Below are positions 14,601 to 27,457 of a stretch of 64,000 bases of DNA, piece after piece. The stretch lies in NCBI RefSeq assembly GCF_000150275.1, contig NW_002060943.1, forward strand, positions 5,600,008-5,664,007, read 5' to 3'. The notes under the pieces were generated by a model, which searched no databases, was not told the origin of the DNA, and worked only from the letters and a program-made list of their open reading frames with translations. The position numbers and the translations under genes are program-made. This stretch comes from Trichoplax adhaerens (Eukaryota > Animalia > Placozoa). Every line of letters begins with the position of its first letter. Within the stretch, counting starts at the first letter, position 1.

Positions 14601-17600
14601 ACTTATAGTATTTCATTCCTTAAATTGGTACACTTATAAGTAGATACGCAAGAAATAGGATATATTTTAAGATCAGTATTTTCACTACGCTGCAATAAAT
14701 TAAGTTTATTGAGAAACAATGAACAGCTTTCTAGCCAGAGAAAGATATTCATGTCGGGTAGGATACGTGTATGCCTTATTTGTGACGAAGTGGTAGAATT
14801 TATTTCAGTAATCCATATGTTACCATTTGTATTGGCAAATAGACGTAAAATAGATTAATTTTTAGGGGTGTCATGAACTCAGTGAAAAATTTACTTAGAT
14901 TATAGTATAACAAAGCTGTGATGCGCTAAAACTCTTATGCTTTTAGTTTGCTAGAGCAAATCTTAATGTCATTTGAACAAGATATTGGAGGATCATTGCT
15001 TGTGGCTACTGTTTGTTTACTGGAATGCTCTCGATATGGTTTACTAGAAACGGAGTTGTTATCCATTTTAGGAGGAATTGGAGACGAATTAGATTCCGGC
15101 ACATTTGAAACCATAGGTAACGAAATTCGTTGCATTTCAATATCTCTATTAAGTGCAAAACAAGCAAGAATAATTTTAAAATTTTAAAATATTACTTTGG
15201 CTCCATTACTCCTATTATAACACCCTTGCAGCAATTGGAATAATTTCATGGGTCTTAAAATTTATTATTAGTTCTGCCGGTAGCATTGCTTCGTAAATTT
15301 TAGGGCAATAAAGCTAGATTACTAAAAGTTAAGAATATTTTTTATGGTTAATTTTAAAGTAGTTCAACTTATAAATAGACCTATAGCATTAATCAATGAA
15401 TAGATTCAATCTCTTTAGATATGACGTAAATTTTTATTTTCATTTTTAGGAACGATAAACGGAAATCTAACATTTGATGAGAGTCGTCCATTACCAGCAG
15501 CAATGTGGGCCATCATCTATCGATCATTGCGACCATATTTAAGACCTTGTGGAGATAGTGGAGAAGGTCGTCTGGACTTTTATCATCGCTCTGTCAGTAA
15601 AGCTGTAAGAAAAAGGTATATTGTTCAATGTCGTTATCATACATGATGCTAGAGCTGGAAGGATGTAGAGAGTAAATGCTTTAAATATTTACATGGCATA
15701 CTTTTTGGTTTTGCTGCAAACCATAACAGTTCTTTTTGAAATTTAACTTTAGATACTTTAGTGGAGAGGAAAGTCACAGAAAACAACAGTACATTAAATG
15801 GCATAAAATTTTAGCTGGTTATTTTGAAACTGCCGACAATATTGATCGAAAAGCGGAGGTAGTCTTGAGCTATTTTGCAATACAATATTTACTATATCCT
15901 AGCTTATAAATCATTGCAACTTCATATGTACAGGAACTGCCTTACCATTTAGAGAAGTTAGACGATCCTAATCGTTTAGCTCGATGCTTGCTAGATTGGC
16001 CGGTCTTCATGAAATTGAGCAAGGAAGAAAATAATTCGAATTTACTAAAATTTTGGAGCATGGTAAGTGTAGTAATACTTTCGCCGAATGATTTATACAA
16101 AATCACTAGAAGGTCTTCTACCATAAGCAAAAGTCTATTTTTCTACTTTTTATAATTTCGTCAAATCTTTTTTAAACTAAAATCAAGAATCATGGCTAAG
16201 AGCTGCTTTTTTACTGTACAGTATACAACAAAATTGAGCTTAAGGTCGAGCAAATTAATAAGGATCAATAAAAATTTCAGCTTTGCATTAAAATCCATCA
16301 TTAGTCAGCTCTCATTGAGCTGTGTAGTTTATCAAAAAGATTGAGATTATATCGCATTACATCGAAGCTAACGGTAAATTTAGGATAATTACCTTACTAA
16401 TTATTAATTATTATAATATTAGATTGGAGGATATGATGTAGCCGCTCATTGGTATGAAAAAGCGCTTGCTAAACTAGAACAGGAAGATGGTATTAATGGT
16501 GCTTTAGCTGAAAAGAAGGAATCAGTTACTCGTTTTCTGTTAGTTTTCAACTAATACAGTGATTGATAGCGAGAGAATACTACTAATATATATTTTTGTG
16601 ATAGTAGCAAAGAAATTATCGGCTTCAATTGCATTATTTTTACTATAAGTTTGTAAGAAATAGATTATAATTTCATTCTTGCAGATGTCGTGCAGGCCAG
16701 CTATCTGCAGCAAAAGGAATGATCGAAGAAGTGATTGATATTGAAACGTCATTATTAGGTAAAAGAAACGAAGAGCTGGCTGACTTATTGCAATTATCAG
16801 CAGAAATTCATAGCGAGGTAAGGAATGAAGAAAATTTAATCGGATAAGAATGCATAATTAGCTGCAGGATATTTGGAAATTGCAAATAAGCTGAGCGAGA
16901 TATTATCCTATTCCAACCCAATCAATACTAGATGATTCGTCTTGAGGGATTTATTGGTAATCGCTTACATAAAAATCATCTAACAGTTATCGAGTTGGCA
17001 CGTAACTCTATTAAACATAGGAAATCGCTAACGAGTAGAGAACATTTGGTAAGTTGTTTCTTTTTTTGTCAGAATAGAATTTCACTTTGATGTATTCGAT
17101 TTGAACCTAGATTCTAGGGTTGGAATATGCTAGAAACATATATAAAATCTTATAATATCGTATCTGTTCTTATGATTTGCTTAAATATAATGATATTTAC
17201 TAGTATAAGGACATATCTATTTTATAATGTGCGATCGGATTTTATTAGTTTCAACTAGGAAAAACTGAGTTACTGCTTGCACTCCACTGTGGAGGTTTAG
17301 CAAGAACGGAGTTGACAGAAACTAATGATAGCAGGCCTAAATATAAAAATGAAGCTGATATTCACTGCCAAAACGCTCTTAGAACATTTGAAAAGGTATA
17401 ATTATAGTATAAATAGTCTTAACTTTTAGATCTAATAACTATTAAGGAATCAGTTTAAATTAAAATACCAAATTGCTTTGACAATTTTGTTAACTTACTG
17501 GATTTCGGCAAAGAAATATATTGTATACCGTAGTGATTTCAGCTAATTAAAACATCAAATTTAAAGTATCATCAATCATGATACAGCATTGCCTAATGTC

Positions 17601-18799
17601 TACGCTACTATTAAGTACATTTAAATTTTTTGGTTACAAGAATGTATATCAGTAATTTTGAAGCTTAGAAATTTTAGAATATAACTTATTCATCTATTCA
17701 GTAGTGGGTCGTTGAAAGGTATGCTTTAAGAATCTCTATACAGTAAATGTGCTTCTTAAGTATACCTGAAATCTTGTTAAAAATTCATTCTGATAGTGGA
17801 TAGAGTTCAATTAGAATAGAAGACCTTCTGTTAAGTGGGTAAAACTAAATTCAATCTATTTCTAGTTGATTTTAGATATTACATCATTATTTATAGTTTT
17901 GTATCCGCCACAGATAGTATTGGTCATCAGTGTTCATTTCGCTAAAATACTCAATATACTTACGAGTCAGTGCTTAGGAATATTAACGTATTTATATTTA
18001 TAGCAAATACTAAATAACGAAGATTAAGCAATGTATATCATATCTTTATCAGCTGGCCGATATTGGGCATGTTGCCGAATGCTACATGACTTCAGCGGTA
18101 TTTATTTGCGAGCTAGGTTCTGATATCCAGCTAGAGGTAAAAGATTACATATCAGTATCTTCGTTGAATGTTTCAATTTCCTTAAAATCATAAGTTTTGC
18201 TGATCTAAGCGATAAATTCTTGTTGATTGTTCTAATTTAGTAATATGTAATATAAAATTTGATTACGCAGTAGATCAACTAGATTGTTTTGATACTACTT
18301 TACTAGACTTATAAAAAAGCTTACAACTTATGCAAGCAAGCATATGGGGATGATCATATCCTGATGTTACGCATTCAAAATAATATGGGAATAATGTATG
18401 AACATAAAAAAGAATATCAGTTGGCTTATCAGCATTATAAGCGGTGGTATGAAATTTGTATCAATGTAAGCCCAAAGATATTATTGTCTACGCGTAGATT
18501 CTAATGATATGTGATATGATATCATTTTGATTTTGTATTTAAATCATTTTAAACTATATAAATATTAAGAAAATAGGAAATTTATTTTGATTTAGTAATT
18601 ATCTACAATGATACAATACTATAATCTTAACATCTGTAAATTCATATTCATATAGGTGCTTGGACCTAAGCATCCGAAAACAACAATGGCCTATAAAGTT
18701 CTATTGCAACCTAAGTTTAAGAATATGACAAATGAGCAAAATAGTCAGCAACAAGATCAATCACAATCAACATTAATACTAGAAAATTTAGATGACTAA
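8681..18799 (+). CDS. DUF4062 - NACHT/AAA STAND NTPase - TPR protein (TTC41/NPHP3/TEP1-like), about 24 exons
   Basis: Spliced exons (8681-9118, 9619-9687, 10411-10517 ... 18656-18799) give the DUF4062 motifs RLFVSSTFRDFHAERE and DLRWGV, Walker A GEAGAGKS (about 12378), Walker B IIFIDAINQ (about 13451), NPLWLSIACEELRIFG, FYHRS, ELPYHL and kinesin-light-chain-type TPRs (YGDDH...NNMGIMY, VLGPKHPKT). Stop TAA at 18797-18799. Confidence 0.9.
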
Positions 18800-20458
18800 T
18801 GAAATAGAATTGGACATTGGTTAATGACAGTATCTTTTACGAAATCTTCTTACTATGCAAACCTTCAAATCGATCTAGAATGACTTTATCGCGCATAAAA
18901 TGGAAAGAAGCATCATTATGAAGAATTTAAAATAACGCGAATGTTACAATGATAAGATACAAACTAATATTTAGGTATCAGTAATGGAACGAATAAGTTT
19001 CTATGATATCCAAGGCGATGGATTACACCCAAGTTTTTTTACAAAGATGAAGTAATTAAAAATTACTTTACTCCTGCTACATATTAATAGATTGATTTTG
19101 GATCATAACATTGACTATTTTCATCTTGGCTTTTCAACCGATACCATGAAAAAGTGGGAGTCTTCCTTAGAAACTGTTATCATAATGAAAAGCTTTATAT
19201 ATTATAAATACCTTAATTAATGACAGAAAATTTGACTATATCGGATACTTTAAAGGTAGTCTTACAAATTGCCTTTCACCGAATTTTTGCAATAGAACGA
19301 CTTTATCTTTATTTTTTAAAATAATTTTAATTTCTACTTAGAAACGATGAGAGGAGGTCAAAATGTTGGCAGTTTTTGCAAGATGCTTTCTATCTTATTA
19401 GAGATATGGTTGCATCTCACTTCTTTTGCAAACATTTATTAGAAACCCTAAATCCTAAGTAGAAATCATAAATAGAATGTATCGACAAGGCTGCAATCTA
19501 GTACTCACTCTATATAATACAGAAATAACTTACAAGTTTTGTTCTACAAAGGATTTGCTAGCAGCAGTATTGCCATGTAGTCGTATTTGCGAACTTAAAT
19601 TCTTTATAGTTATCTTTCATTAGGATAGAGACCAAATGTTTCACTGACTATGGCAATTCTCATTAGATAGCCATTTATGACATTCTCATTTTAGGTTTCA
19701 GTAGATCGTTAATAGTATTCTATAAAGGAAAAGATTGATTTTATAATAACAAATTTTAATATTTCATATTGATGATCAACAGTAAACATTAATTACACTG
19801 TTGAGTCTCGATGTTAAAGAAGGCCTTTTTTGATATGGCACATACAATATGCAAGAATGAAAATTTAGTAATTTATTTTAAAAGTTATTTTTGTGATAAA
19901 TTCTATTCTATTTTATATTGATCTATGAGCTATCGATTCGGGCATTAAAGAAATAAAATTAGTTTCTTACGCATACTAACAAGTTTTAACACTTTCGAAT
20001 AGTTTTAGGGAAATTTATAAGGAAATAAAGAAATAGTGACGATAGTGAATAGCGACATCATATAAAATTGTTAATAATCATGTTATGAAGAAGCATTAGA
20101 GAATTTAGATCGGATGAATTTGTAAATTAAAATCCTAATTTTACTCTATTCAGTTTAATGTTGTAAATTATTTTAACATCTGATCTAAGGTTATACGTAG
20201 CTTTCATTTTTATATACCTATTTAATTTATCATACGTGACTCTTACAGAAATCAGTAAAATGGTTGAGTTCTTAACCATCTTAAAACTAGAACATTAATA
20301 TTGCCGAATTAAAAATTAAACGAACTCGATTACTATAGTAATTAAAAATTTGTTACTTATTGTAATTAACTGTAAACTTCCTGCATGTTCTACTTATAGA
20401 CTTACAGACCTTAGTAGCATGGTTGAGTTCTTATACAACTTAAACTGAAACATTCATA

Positions 20459-21046
20459 TGTCACAACCCTCACTTGTGGCAAAGGAAAGTAAAGAACTCT
20501 AGTGTAGTTACTTAAAACTTGGGCTATTTCTCCCAGTACTTTCAGTTTCTATGAGAGAAGTATTTGAGAACTCGATTTCTCGGCTGATCTCCACAGACAA
20601 CTGACTAATTATTACACTATTCTTCACGATATGAGTCTTGCCGTTTCTTGAGCAATTACTTTCTTTATTCTACAAATACACGCGCTTAAATAGGTTTCTA
20701 CAGTGAATTCCAATATTAACGAGTGAGAATTCATGCTTTACAAGTTACATTAATTAGTATAATACCATTACTAAATATACATGTCGATATTCTCACACTT
20801 AGATAGCTACAAGCTATCAGGTGTTAAGACGCTTAACCTTCATCCATATACAGCTCAATTTTTAGAGATTAACATACCTTATAAACCTACAGTAAATTAA
20901 CTGCTAACAACTTCTATTTTTATCTCATTTCTACCATCCTATTATCAGCTACAAGCGCATTAAAACATAGCACATAACCTTATCTTATCTATTCATAAGC
21001 ATTCATTAATTTACAGTTACTTAATTAGTAACGGCGTACCGTGACA
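20459..21046 (-). mobile_element. Solo LTR (588 bp) of an LTR retrotransposon
   Basis: TGTCAC...GTGACA inverted termini with a perfect 5-bp target-site duplication TCATA (20454-20458 and 21047-21051). On the - strand an internal TATTTAA is followed by AATAAA (about 20664-20693). Confidence 0.8.
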
Positions 21047-22023
21047 TCATATCACTTAAATAGAAAGAAATTCGAAGAGTTTGTTTCAATTTAGTAGACC
21101 CGAAATAGGAAATAGATAGCAAACTAAAAAAACAAGCAGTACTACTGGAGAATCGATCTATTAGAAATCTGTTCCTAGTCGACTACATGGCTTAGTGCTA
21201 AACACAGCTTTGCACTTTATTTCGATTAAATATGATCGGATTTCACCAAGGGCGGGGTAGCGAATAGATTATAAACATTGTTGCATCGATATGACGACAA
21301 CTATGCAGGAAATAGCCGAGAGGTCAGGATTATGACGCTAACCTTTTAAAGATATCGTGTTGCTACAAATATTATTAATTAATATAATATTGAACAATTG
21401 TTAAGTGCAGTCTGAAGATAGATTCATTAATTTACACTTTAAAGTCAGTTAAAAACTCATTGGTGGATAGAATTGAAAATTAAGGTATTTTCTTAAGAGT
21501 TAAGAGCCAACGATACGGGTCAGGAATATATATTTATTAGCATGAATAATGCCGATAGCTACCACTAATAGTATACATCTAATTGGTTTTCTAAGTCAAA
21601 TCATTCGTACAGAGCATTCAAAGCTAAAAGATCTTCACGCCTCGATACACGAATTTAAGTTATAACTACGCGCTAAAAATTGACAAAAAAACTAAAATGG
21701 AACTTTTAAGTAAAATTAGTAACAAGACTTTATTTCAATTTATATTTAAAATTAGAATCCAGAATTTGATTAACACTATCTTTACATATTTGAACATTAT
21801 AAGGACTGATGCTATTTCGCAATGATAGAAACCTATGTAATAAAGAAGAGCTTTTTCTTGTTATAAGGCCCATGTACTACCTATATTTACAGTGTAAATA
21901 AATACTATATACATACAATGCCAGTCCTATCTTATTATAATATAATATTCCCATAACTAGTAATCTTCATTTTTAATTTTCATATTTAGAATAAAATTAA
22001 TGCGGTCAATATAATCTTTAATA

Positions 22024-24660
22024 CTAAAATACATCCATAATAATTCCATGAGCTAAAGTCTCCCTAGCATTATGGTATTGTGATACTTGCTCAAGTTCTT
22101 CAGGAGCGATCAATTGACTTTTTTTAATATCCGTAGCAAAGCGATATATAGTGGAAATGACTTCTTTCTTTAGTTTTTTATCATTTAGTGCAGCCTCTGC
22201 ATTGCTATCTCCTAATGCAACCAATAATGGTAAATAACCGATCAAGAATGCTGCCAAAGGCTTGGCTAGGGATGTTAATCGTTGCAATTGACCAAAAGAC
22301 ATTATGGCTGCAAATGTAAAAATAACAATACACAGCATGCGGATAAATCGTATAAAAGTTCTCCTAGATGATCCTAGATGCTGAGCACAAACTTCCTTAT
22401 ATACAGCTAAGGGAACATAAGCTGCACCATGATGGTCTTCGAAAAATAATGTCTTAATTTTTTGCAATGGTGTAAATGTTTGATCTAATGATGTTTCCTC
22501 GTCATCATAAAGTGGCTGTTTGGGTATATCGATAGGATCGATACGAGAGTTTTTCATTTTTAATGGTGGCAAAGTATACTTTCGATGCTTTCTTCTTGTT
22601 TCCGGTTTATTTTGTTGTTGGTCATCGACAACAGCTTTGCCCAAGATTTCACGTTGCTTATCCAACGAAAACTGACTCTCACGGTTAGATTCTAATTTTT
22701 CACATATTTCAAATGCTAATTTTTTCAATTTTTGCTTTCTAACATAGCGATCAGATATCACCGAGAATAAATAGTATATAATGATCACGATAAATATAAG
22801 ATAGGGTGTACTGACATCAGCGTTAACAATTATTCCTACTACAGTAAATGCAAAAGTATAAAGAATGAGATAGGCCGACACTGCAAGCAGACCGATTAAA
22901 ATGATATAAAAATACAGGGAGCAAATGAAAAAGATGATGATCAATAAAATATTGCACAAACCAGTGATTTTACGCGATAATATTTTATGTACCCCAGCTA
23001 TGGAAGTTAAAAAGCAATAAACAAGGGGTATTGGCATCAATAAGAAAACAACAAAAACAGGTAGACATAATATTAAAACTACTACTGGGAGTAGACCGGT
23101 TGCCAACATAAAGCCGATACAGCTAAATAATTGTTCACACATATTAACCGATTGCAACATTTGCTTTTTAGCAGCTGTCCAATATTGAATTGGTGTATCC
23201 CACACCCAAATTCGATAATTACTCCAATAAGTTGAACTGAAAAGTAAGCTACGATTTTTTGCCACAGTACGATGGAATTTAACAATTTCATGGCTACCGT
23301 GAGTACTGAAGATTGCCGGTAAGTTGCTCTTTTCTTCTTTTCTTTCTTCATCGTCATCATCACTGTCATCTTCTTCAACCACTTGTAAATCATCTAACCA
23401 ATCGATAAACACATTATTGGTTAGCGAATCGGTGGTTAGTGTAGCAACTATCCAAGCACCAACGATGACAAATAAACCAAAACCACCACATACGGCAGGT
23501 ATTAGATATTCATAGAGTTGCTGTTGAGTTAAATTGGTTAAGTAGACTCTTTCAAATAGTTGTCGATTAATAGTTAATTGTAATGCCAAGAAAATAACGA
23601 TGACGATAGGGGATAATAAAATAAATAAAATTTGGTAGCAACGATTGGTTTTCCAGTTCCAACGCTTAGGCAAGACTTGAAATGGGACATCGCCATCTAA
23701 AATAATGAGTTCGGTATAGGAATATTTATCAAAATCAAAAAGTTGTCTTAAATTGCGCTTGTTAAAGGTAGCGAGTTCTTTATCATCTTGTATGCTAATT
23801 TTATGCTGCTTGCTAGCATCAGGTTCATCTTGATGGTTTATTCCATAGTCGTTATTATTATTTGCCTGTTGCTGTTTTTTATTTTGACGAGATGACGATC
23901 GCGGTTTCTTTCTTTTCGATCGGTAGAACCAACGCTCATATTCTTCGCTAACTTCATTTAAGATTTTTTCCGGGACGTACAAGACTACCAAAACGATAGA
24001 AGCATAAATCATTACATAAAGGATATTTAACCAGCCGTTAAGTTCAACAGGATGATTACAGTCCCAACTGCCAGAAAGGCTATCGAGCTCATTGCAGCAT
24101 TCATAAGCCAGTTGATTTTGTACCAGCCATAAAAATGCTTCAGATTGAGCTACACGATGGCACATCATATGTAAATTGTAATCCGTCTGAGTTATTCCCG
24201 ATAAAAATTTGCCTATAACTTTTCGTTTACAGGTTTCGTTTAAACTAGCTAAACAATTATTGGGTGTTGCTGTAATGTTAATTGTGGCTGTTCGTTGAAA
24301 TAAAGTTAACGTTCCCATACTAAATATATTGATATCAAAAGGTAACGCGAGATAGGATCGTCCATATGTTTCTAGCGCCCAAACCCATTTATCAGCTTCA
24401 TAACTTGAGGCAAGATTAGCCGCCAAGGATAAACCATTTGTGTCATTATTGATCGCCAAGGTTAATGTGATAATGCGGAATTTATTTTGCTTCTTTAATG
24501 CTAGAAATTTATTGATAGAATCTGTCGTTGCAGTTAAACTACATTGATTTAAGCAATCGTTAGAGGTTGCTGCTGATGTCGTTGATGTTTTAACTATAAT
24601 TAAGAGTAAAATGGTTACCAATGCATGAATTAACCAGCTTTGATTTCCCATCCTTGCCAT
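22024..24660 (-). CDS. Intronless multi-pass membrane protein (about 878 aa) with signal peptide and Cys-rich ectodomain, function unknown
   Basis: Long uninterrupted ORF. The likely ATG is at 24660 (MARMGNQSWLIHALVTILLLIIV...), followed by a Cys-rich segment and roughly 9-10 hydrophobic helices separated by charged loops. Confidence 0.8.
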   Translation of the reverse strand: MARMGNQSWLIHALVTILLLIIVKTSTTSAATSNDCLNQCSLTATTDSINKFLALKKQNKFRIITLTLAINNDTNGLSLAANLASSYEADKWVWALETYGRSYLALPFDINIFSMGTLTLFQRTATINITATPNNCLASLNETCKRKVIGKFLSGITQTDYNLHMMCHRVAQSEAFLWLVQNQLAYECCNELDSLSGSWDCNHPVELNGWLNILYVMIYASIVLVVLYVPEKILNEVSEEYERWFYRSKRKKPRSSSRQNKKQQQANNNNDYGINHQDEPDASKQHKISIQDDKELATFNKRNLRQLFDFDKYSYTELIILDGDVPFQVLPKRWNWKTNRCYQILFILLSPIVIVIFLALQLTINRQLFERVYLTNLTQQQLYEYLIPAVCGGFGLFVIVGAWIVATLTTDSLTNNVFIDWLDDLQVVEEDDSDDDDEERKEEKSNLPAIFSTHGSHEIVKFHRTVAKNRSLLFSSTYWSNYRIWVWDTPIQYWTAAKKQMLQSVNMCEQLFSCIGFMLATGLLPVVVLILCLPVFVVFLLMPIPLVYCFLTSIAGVHKILSRKITGLCNILLIIIFFICSLYFYIILIGLLAVSAYLILYTFAFTVVGIIVNADVSTPYLIFIVIIIYYLFSVISDRYVRKQKLKKLAFEICEKLESNRESQFSLDKQREILGKAVVDDQQQNKPETRRKHRKYTLPPLKMKNSRIDPIDIPKQPLYDDEETSLDQTFTPLQKIKTLFFEDHHGAAYVPLAVYKEVCAQHLGSSRRTFIRFIRMLCIVIFTFAAIMSFGQLQRLTSLAKPLAAFLIGYLPLLVALGDSNAEAALNDKKLKKEVISTIYRFATDIKKSQLIAPEELEQVSQYHNARETLAHGIIMDVF

Positions 24661-25029
24661 GTTATTGAAAGAAAATGGTGGAAGTGGAAGGGAGGCCCGA
24701 TAACAACTTGATCGTGGCAATTAATCGATGTTGCTATGGATACACAAATAACATTTTTCGACTCATGACGATCATAAATGACTACTATTAGTATTGATTT
24801 CTTGTCATTTGATTATGTGTACCAATAATAGAGATAGTCGTTGAGTATTGTTTGATAGTTGTAAACAATTATTTTCTAGTGTTCACAATTAAAATATTAA
24901 ATGGATCTAGTAGTTAAAAAGAATGCGTCCTTGCTCGTTGAATTTGATACAGTCATTAATATAGATGTGCATAGACGCCTACTACAGCCTATACAATATA
25001 ATCATGATGAAACGCCGAAAGAGGGTGTG

Positions 25030-25572
25030 CAAATTCCTGAATAGCTACAATCATCATCAAAAATTACTGGTAGCAGCAATAATAAACATCGGATTAGGTG
25101 ATTATACAGTCAAGGTCTGAATCTCATCACTCGTACTTTAATTACGGTAATTTGCTAATTACAGTTAATGGCTGAAAACTAAACGGAGAAAGAAGAGATC
25201 GCGGATTCCTAAGTAGCGGCAATGATCATCAAAAATTACTAGTAGCAGCAGCAATAATATAGCTCACATTCGATTTGCTCATTATTCAGTTAAGATTGGA
25301 ATCTTACCGTTCGTACTTTAATTACGGTAATCTGCTAATTACAGTGAATAGCTGAAAAATAAATGGAGAAAGAAGAGAATGTGGATTCCTAAGTAGCTAC
25401 AATGATCATCAAAAATTACTAGTAGCAACAATAATATAGCTTACATTCGATTTGGTAATTATTCCATTGAGATTGAAACCTTACCATTCGTACTTTAATG
25501 ACGGTAATCTGCTAATCACAGTTAATGGCTAAATGGCTAAACGGAGAAGGAAAGGTGTGATTTCCTGAATAG
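25030..25572. repeat. Three tandem copies of a ~175-180 bp unit
   Basis: ATTCCT(G/A)A(A/G)TAGC...ATCATCAAAAATTACT...TCGTACTTTAAT(T/G)ACGGTAAT(T/C)TGCTAAT...GGAGAA is repeated starting at about 25033, 25205 and 25385. Confidence 0.9.
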
Positions 25573-26683
25573 ATATATCCTTGAACATATGATCTAGTTC
25601 TAATGCACTTCATTATCCTAAAACAGCTAAGTTAATACCTACAACGGGAAAACTAGTGGAAAGTATCGTACTAATCCTGCAATTAGGTTTGGCTCTTATA
25701 TGTAGTGTACATTTAATTAAGGATATGCAATATTATGCTAATTATATTAAGTGAAAGGGTGGACTTACTGAATTATTCTCGTATCGAGTATATTAACGAT
25801 CACATCAAGATTTAAATCCAAGTCCCTTGTTGATCACGGTATCAATACAGCTTAAAGTTATCGACAGATCTTCATCAATAATGGTAGGGTTTACTGTGAT
25901 ATAAAGTATATTTGTTAAAGTTTATATTAAGGATCGAATTAAATTTGGCGTGCTAACAAAGGATGAAAAGGACTATGTAGACTAGGATATTAATTACCGG
26001 TATATGGATGTCTCAGAATGAGAGATAATTTAATCCAAGCGCAGCTTGATAGTTGGCATGATATCCTTGAATTTAATTACATAAACTATAATTTCAATTT
26101 AAGACTAAGAATCAGCTTTACAAACCAAGTATTAAATAGAAAAATAAGCGTACTATAGACGCTAGAATAATCAATAATTCTTATTTCACAAGTAGACTTA
26201 CGCTATTCTATATTGCCATAATGTAGATCATTATTTCAACCTTCATTACAATACAATTCTAAGTGACGTTTATTTAGTTGAAACAAGGCAAAATATCAGT
26301 AAAAATGTAAAGCTATAAGGCACAAAGCTTATCCTCATTGCTCTGTCTTCTTCATAGAAACGGGTTTAATTCTGCTACAAAGTTCTATTATTACCAAATA
26401 TTAGAAACAAGAAAAGACTCCTTGATAGATTTGATACGCCTTCTTTATTTTCAGTTATCGATCAGAAGTTTGACAGTTACATCATCTGATTTTAAAATAG
26501 ATCTGTTATCGTTGATCCATCTAAAATTACTGAAATACTGTAAATAAATTTATTACACCTACATAGATGAACTGCATTTCATGATTAACAAATCCTGCAA
26601 ATACAGTTCTATATCAATGATTTACGATATTGCTTAGAAATAAAATCAGGGTAACTGTAATAATATCAATTCCAACTGGCTGA

Positions 26684-27367
26684 TTATTTATTTACACAAC
26701 CAAACATAAACCACATTCCGTTGGTACTGCAGTGATCATCACTCTCCTCATCATCGGATTGGCGCACTTCCTTCATGATGGATCTTAACATGAAATCGCT
26801 TCTAGCTGGTTTTTCTATAAAATAATATTTTCCAACAGAGAAGTTAAGTGGCACTGTCGATATCTACTAAACTTATCTAGTTTGTAATTGGTATACCTGC
26901 AATGCACTGATTATATATATCAGCATTATATAATTTGCTCAAATTGACGAAGAATTTTTGGACACCATTAGGAGTGTTGCAAGGTTTGGTGCCTACGGCT
27001 AGGCATCTTTCTAAGATTTTCCAACGGTCACATGATACCTTAGAGCTATAACCCAGTTCATATTTTAAAGTATCCATTTTAGCAAATTGAGCGCAAGTGG
27101 TTAGGGATACCAGGGCTTCTGGACAACTAGCTGATTTCTTGAAAGCTGTATAGTATTAAATAAAAATATAGTGATTAAGCTTTAGTACCTATATGTAGCG
27201 AATCCCTGTGGATAGTGGTTATGAATAACATGATATTCGCCATAATATATTGACTCACGCCATAGAGGATCCCAATTTTCTAATTCATTTTCTCTTTTTG
27301 ACACTGAAACGGCATTTATAGCTGCTGTAGCCAAAAGTGCAGATAACATTAAACTGATGGTATGCAT
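26684..27367 (-). CDS. Small secreted Cys-rich protein / candidate peptide precursor, 162 aa, 3 exons (27367-27259, 27145-26897, 26814-26684)
   Basis: Donors GTGAGT and GTATAC, acceptors TACAG and TATAG, both introns phase 1 (113 and 82 nt), 489-nt CDS with no internal stop. Signal peptide MHTISLMLSALLATAAINA, 8 Cys, upstream TATA box. Confidence 0.8.
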
Positions 27368-27451
27368 CTTGTAATCAATAGTGTGAAAGTGAATACAAGG
27401 GGCTAAGGATGCTGTAATTAGAATGAGAGTCTAGACTCAATTGCAGTCTTA

Positions 27452-27457
27452 TTTATA
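27452..27457 (-). promoter_or_regulatory. Putative TATA box of the secreted-protein gene
   Basis: TATAAA on the - strand about 85 nt upstream of the ATG at 27367. Confidence 0.45.
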
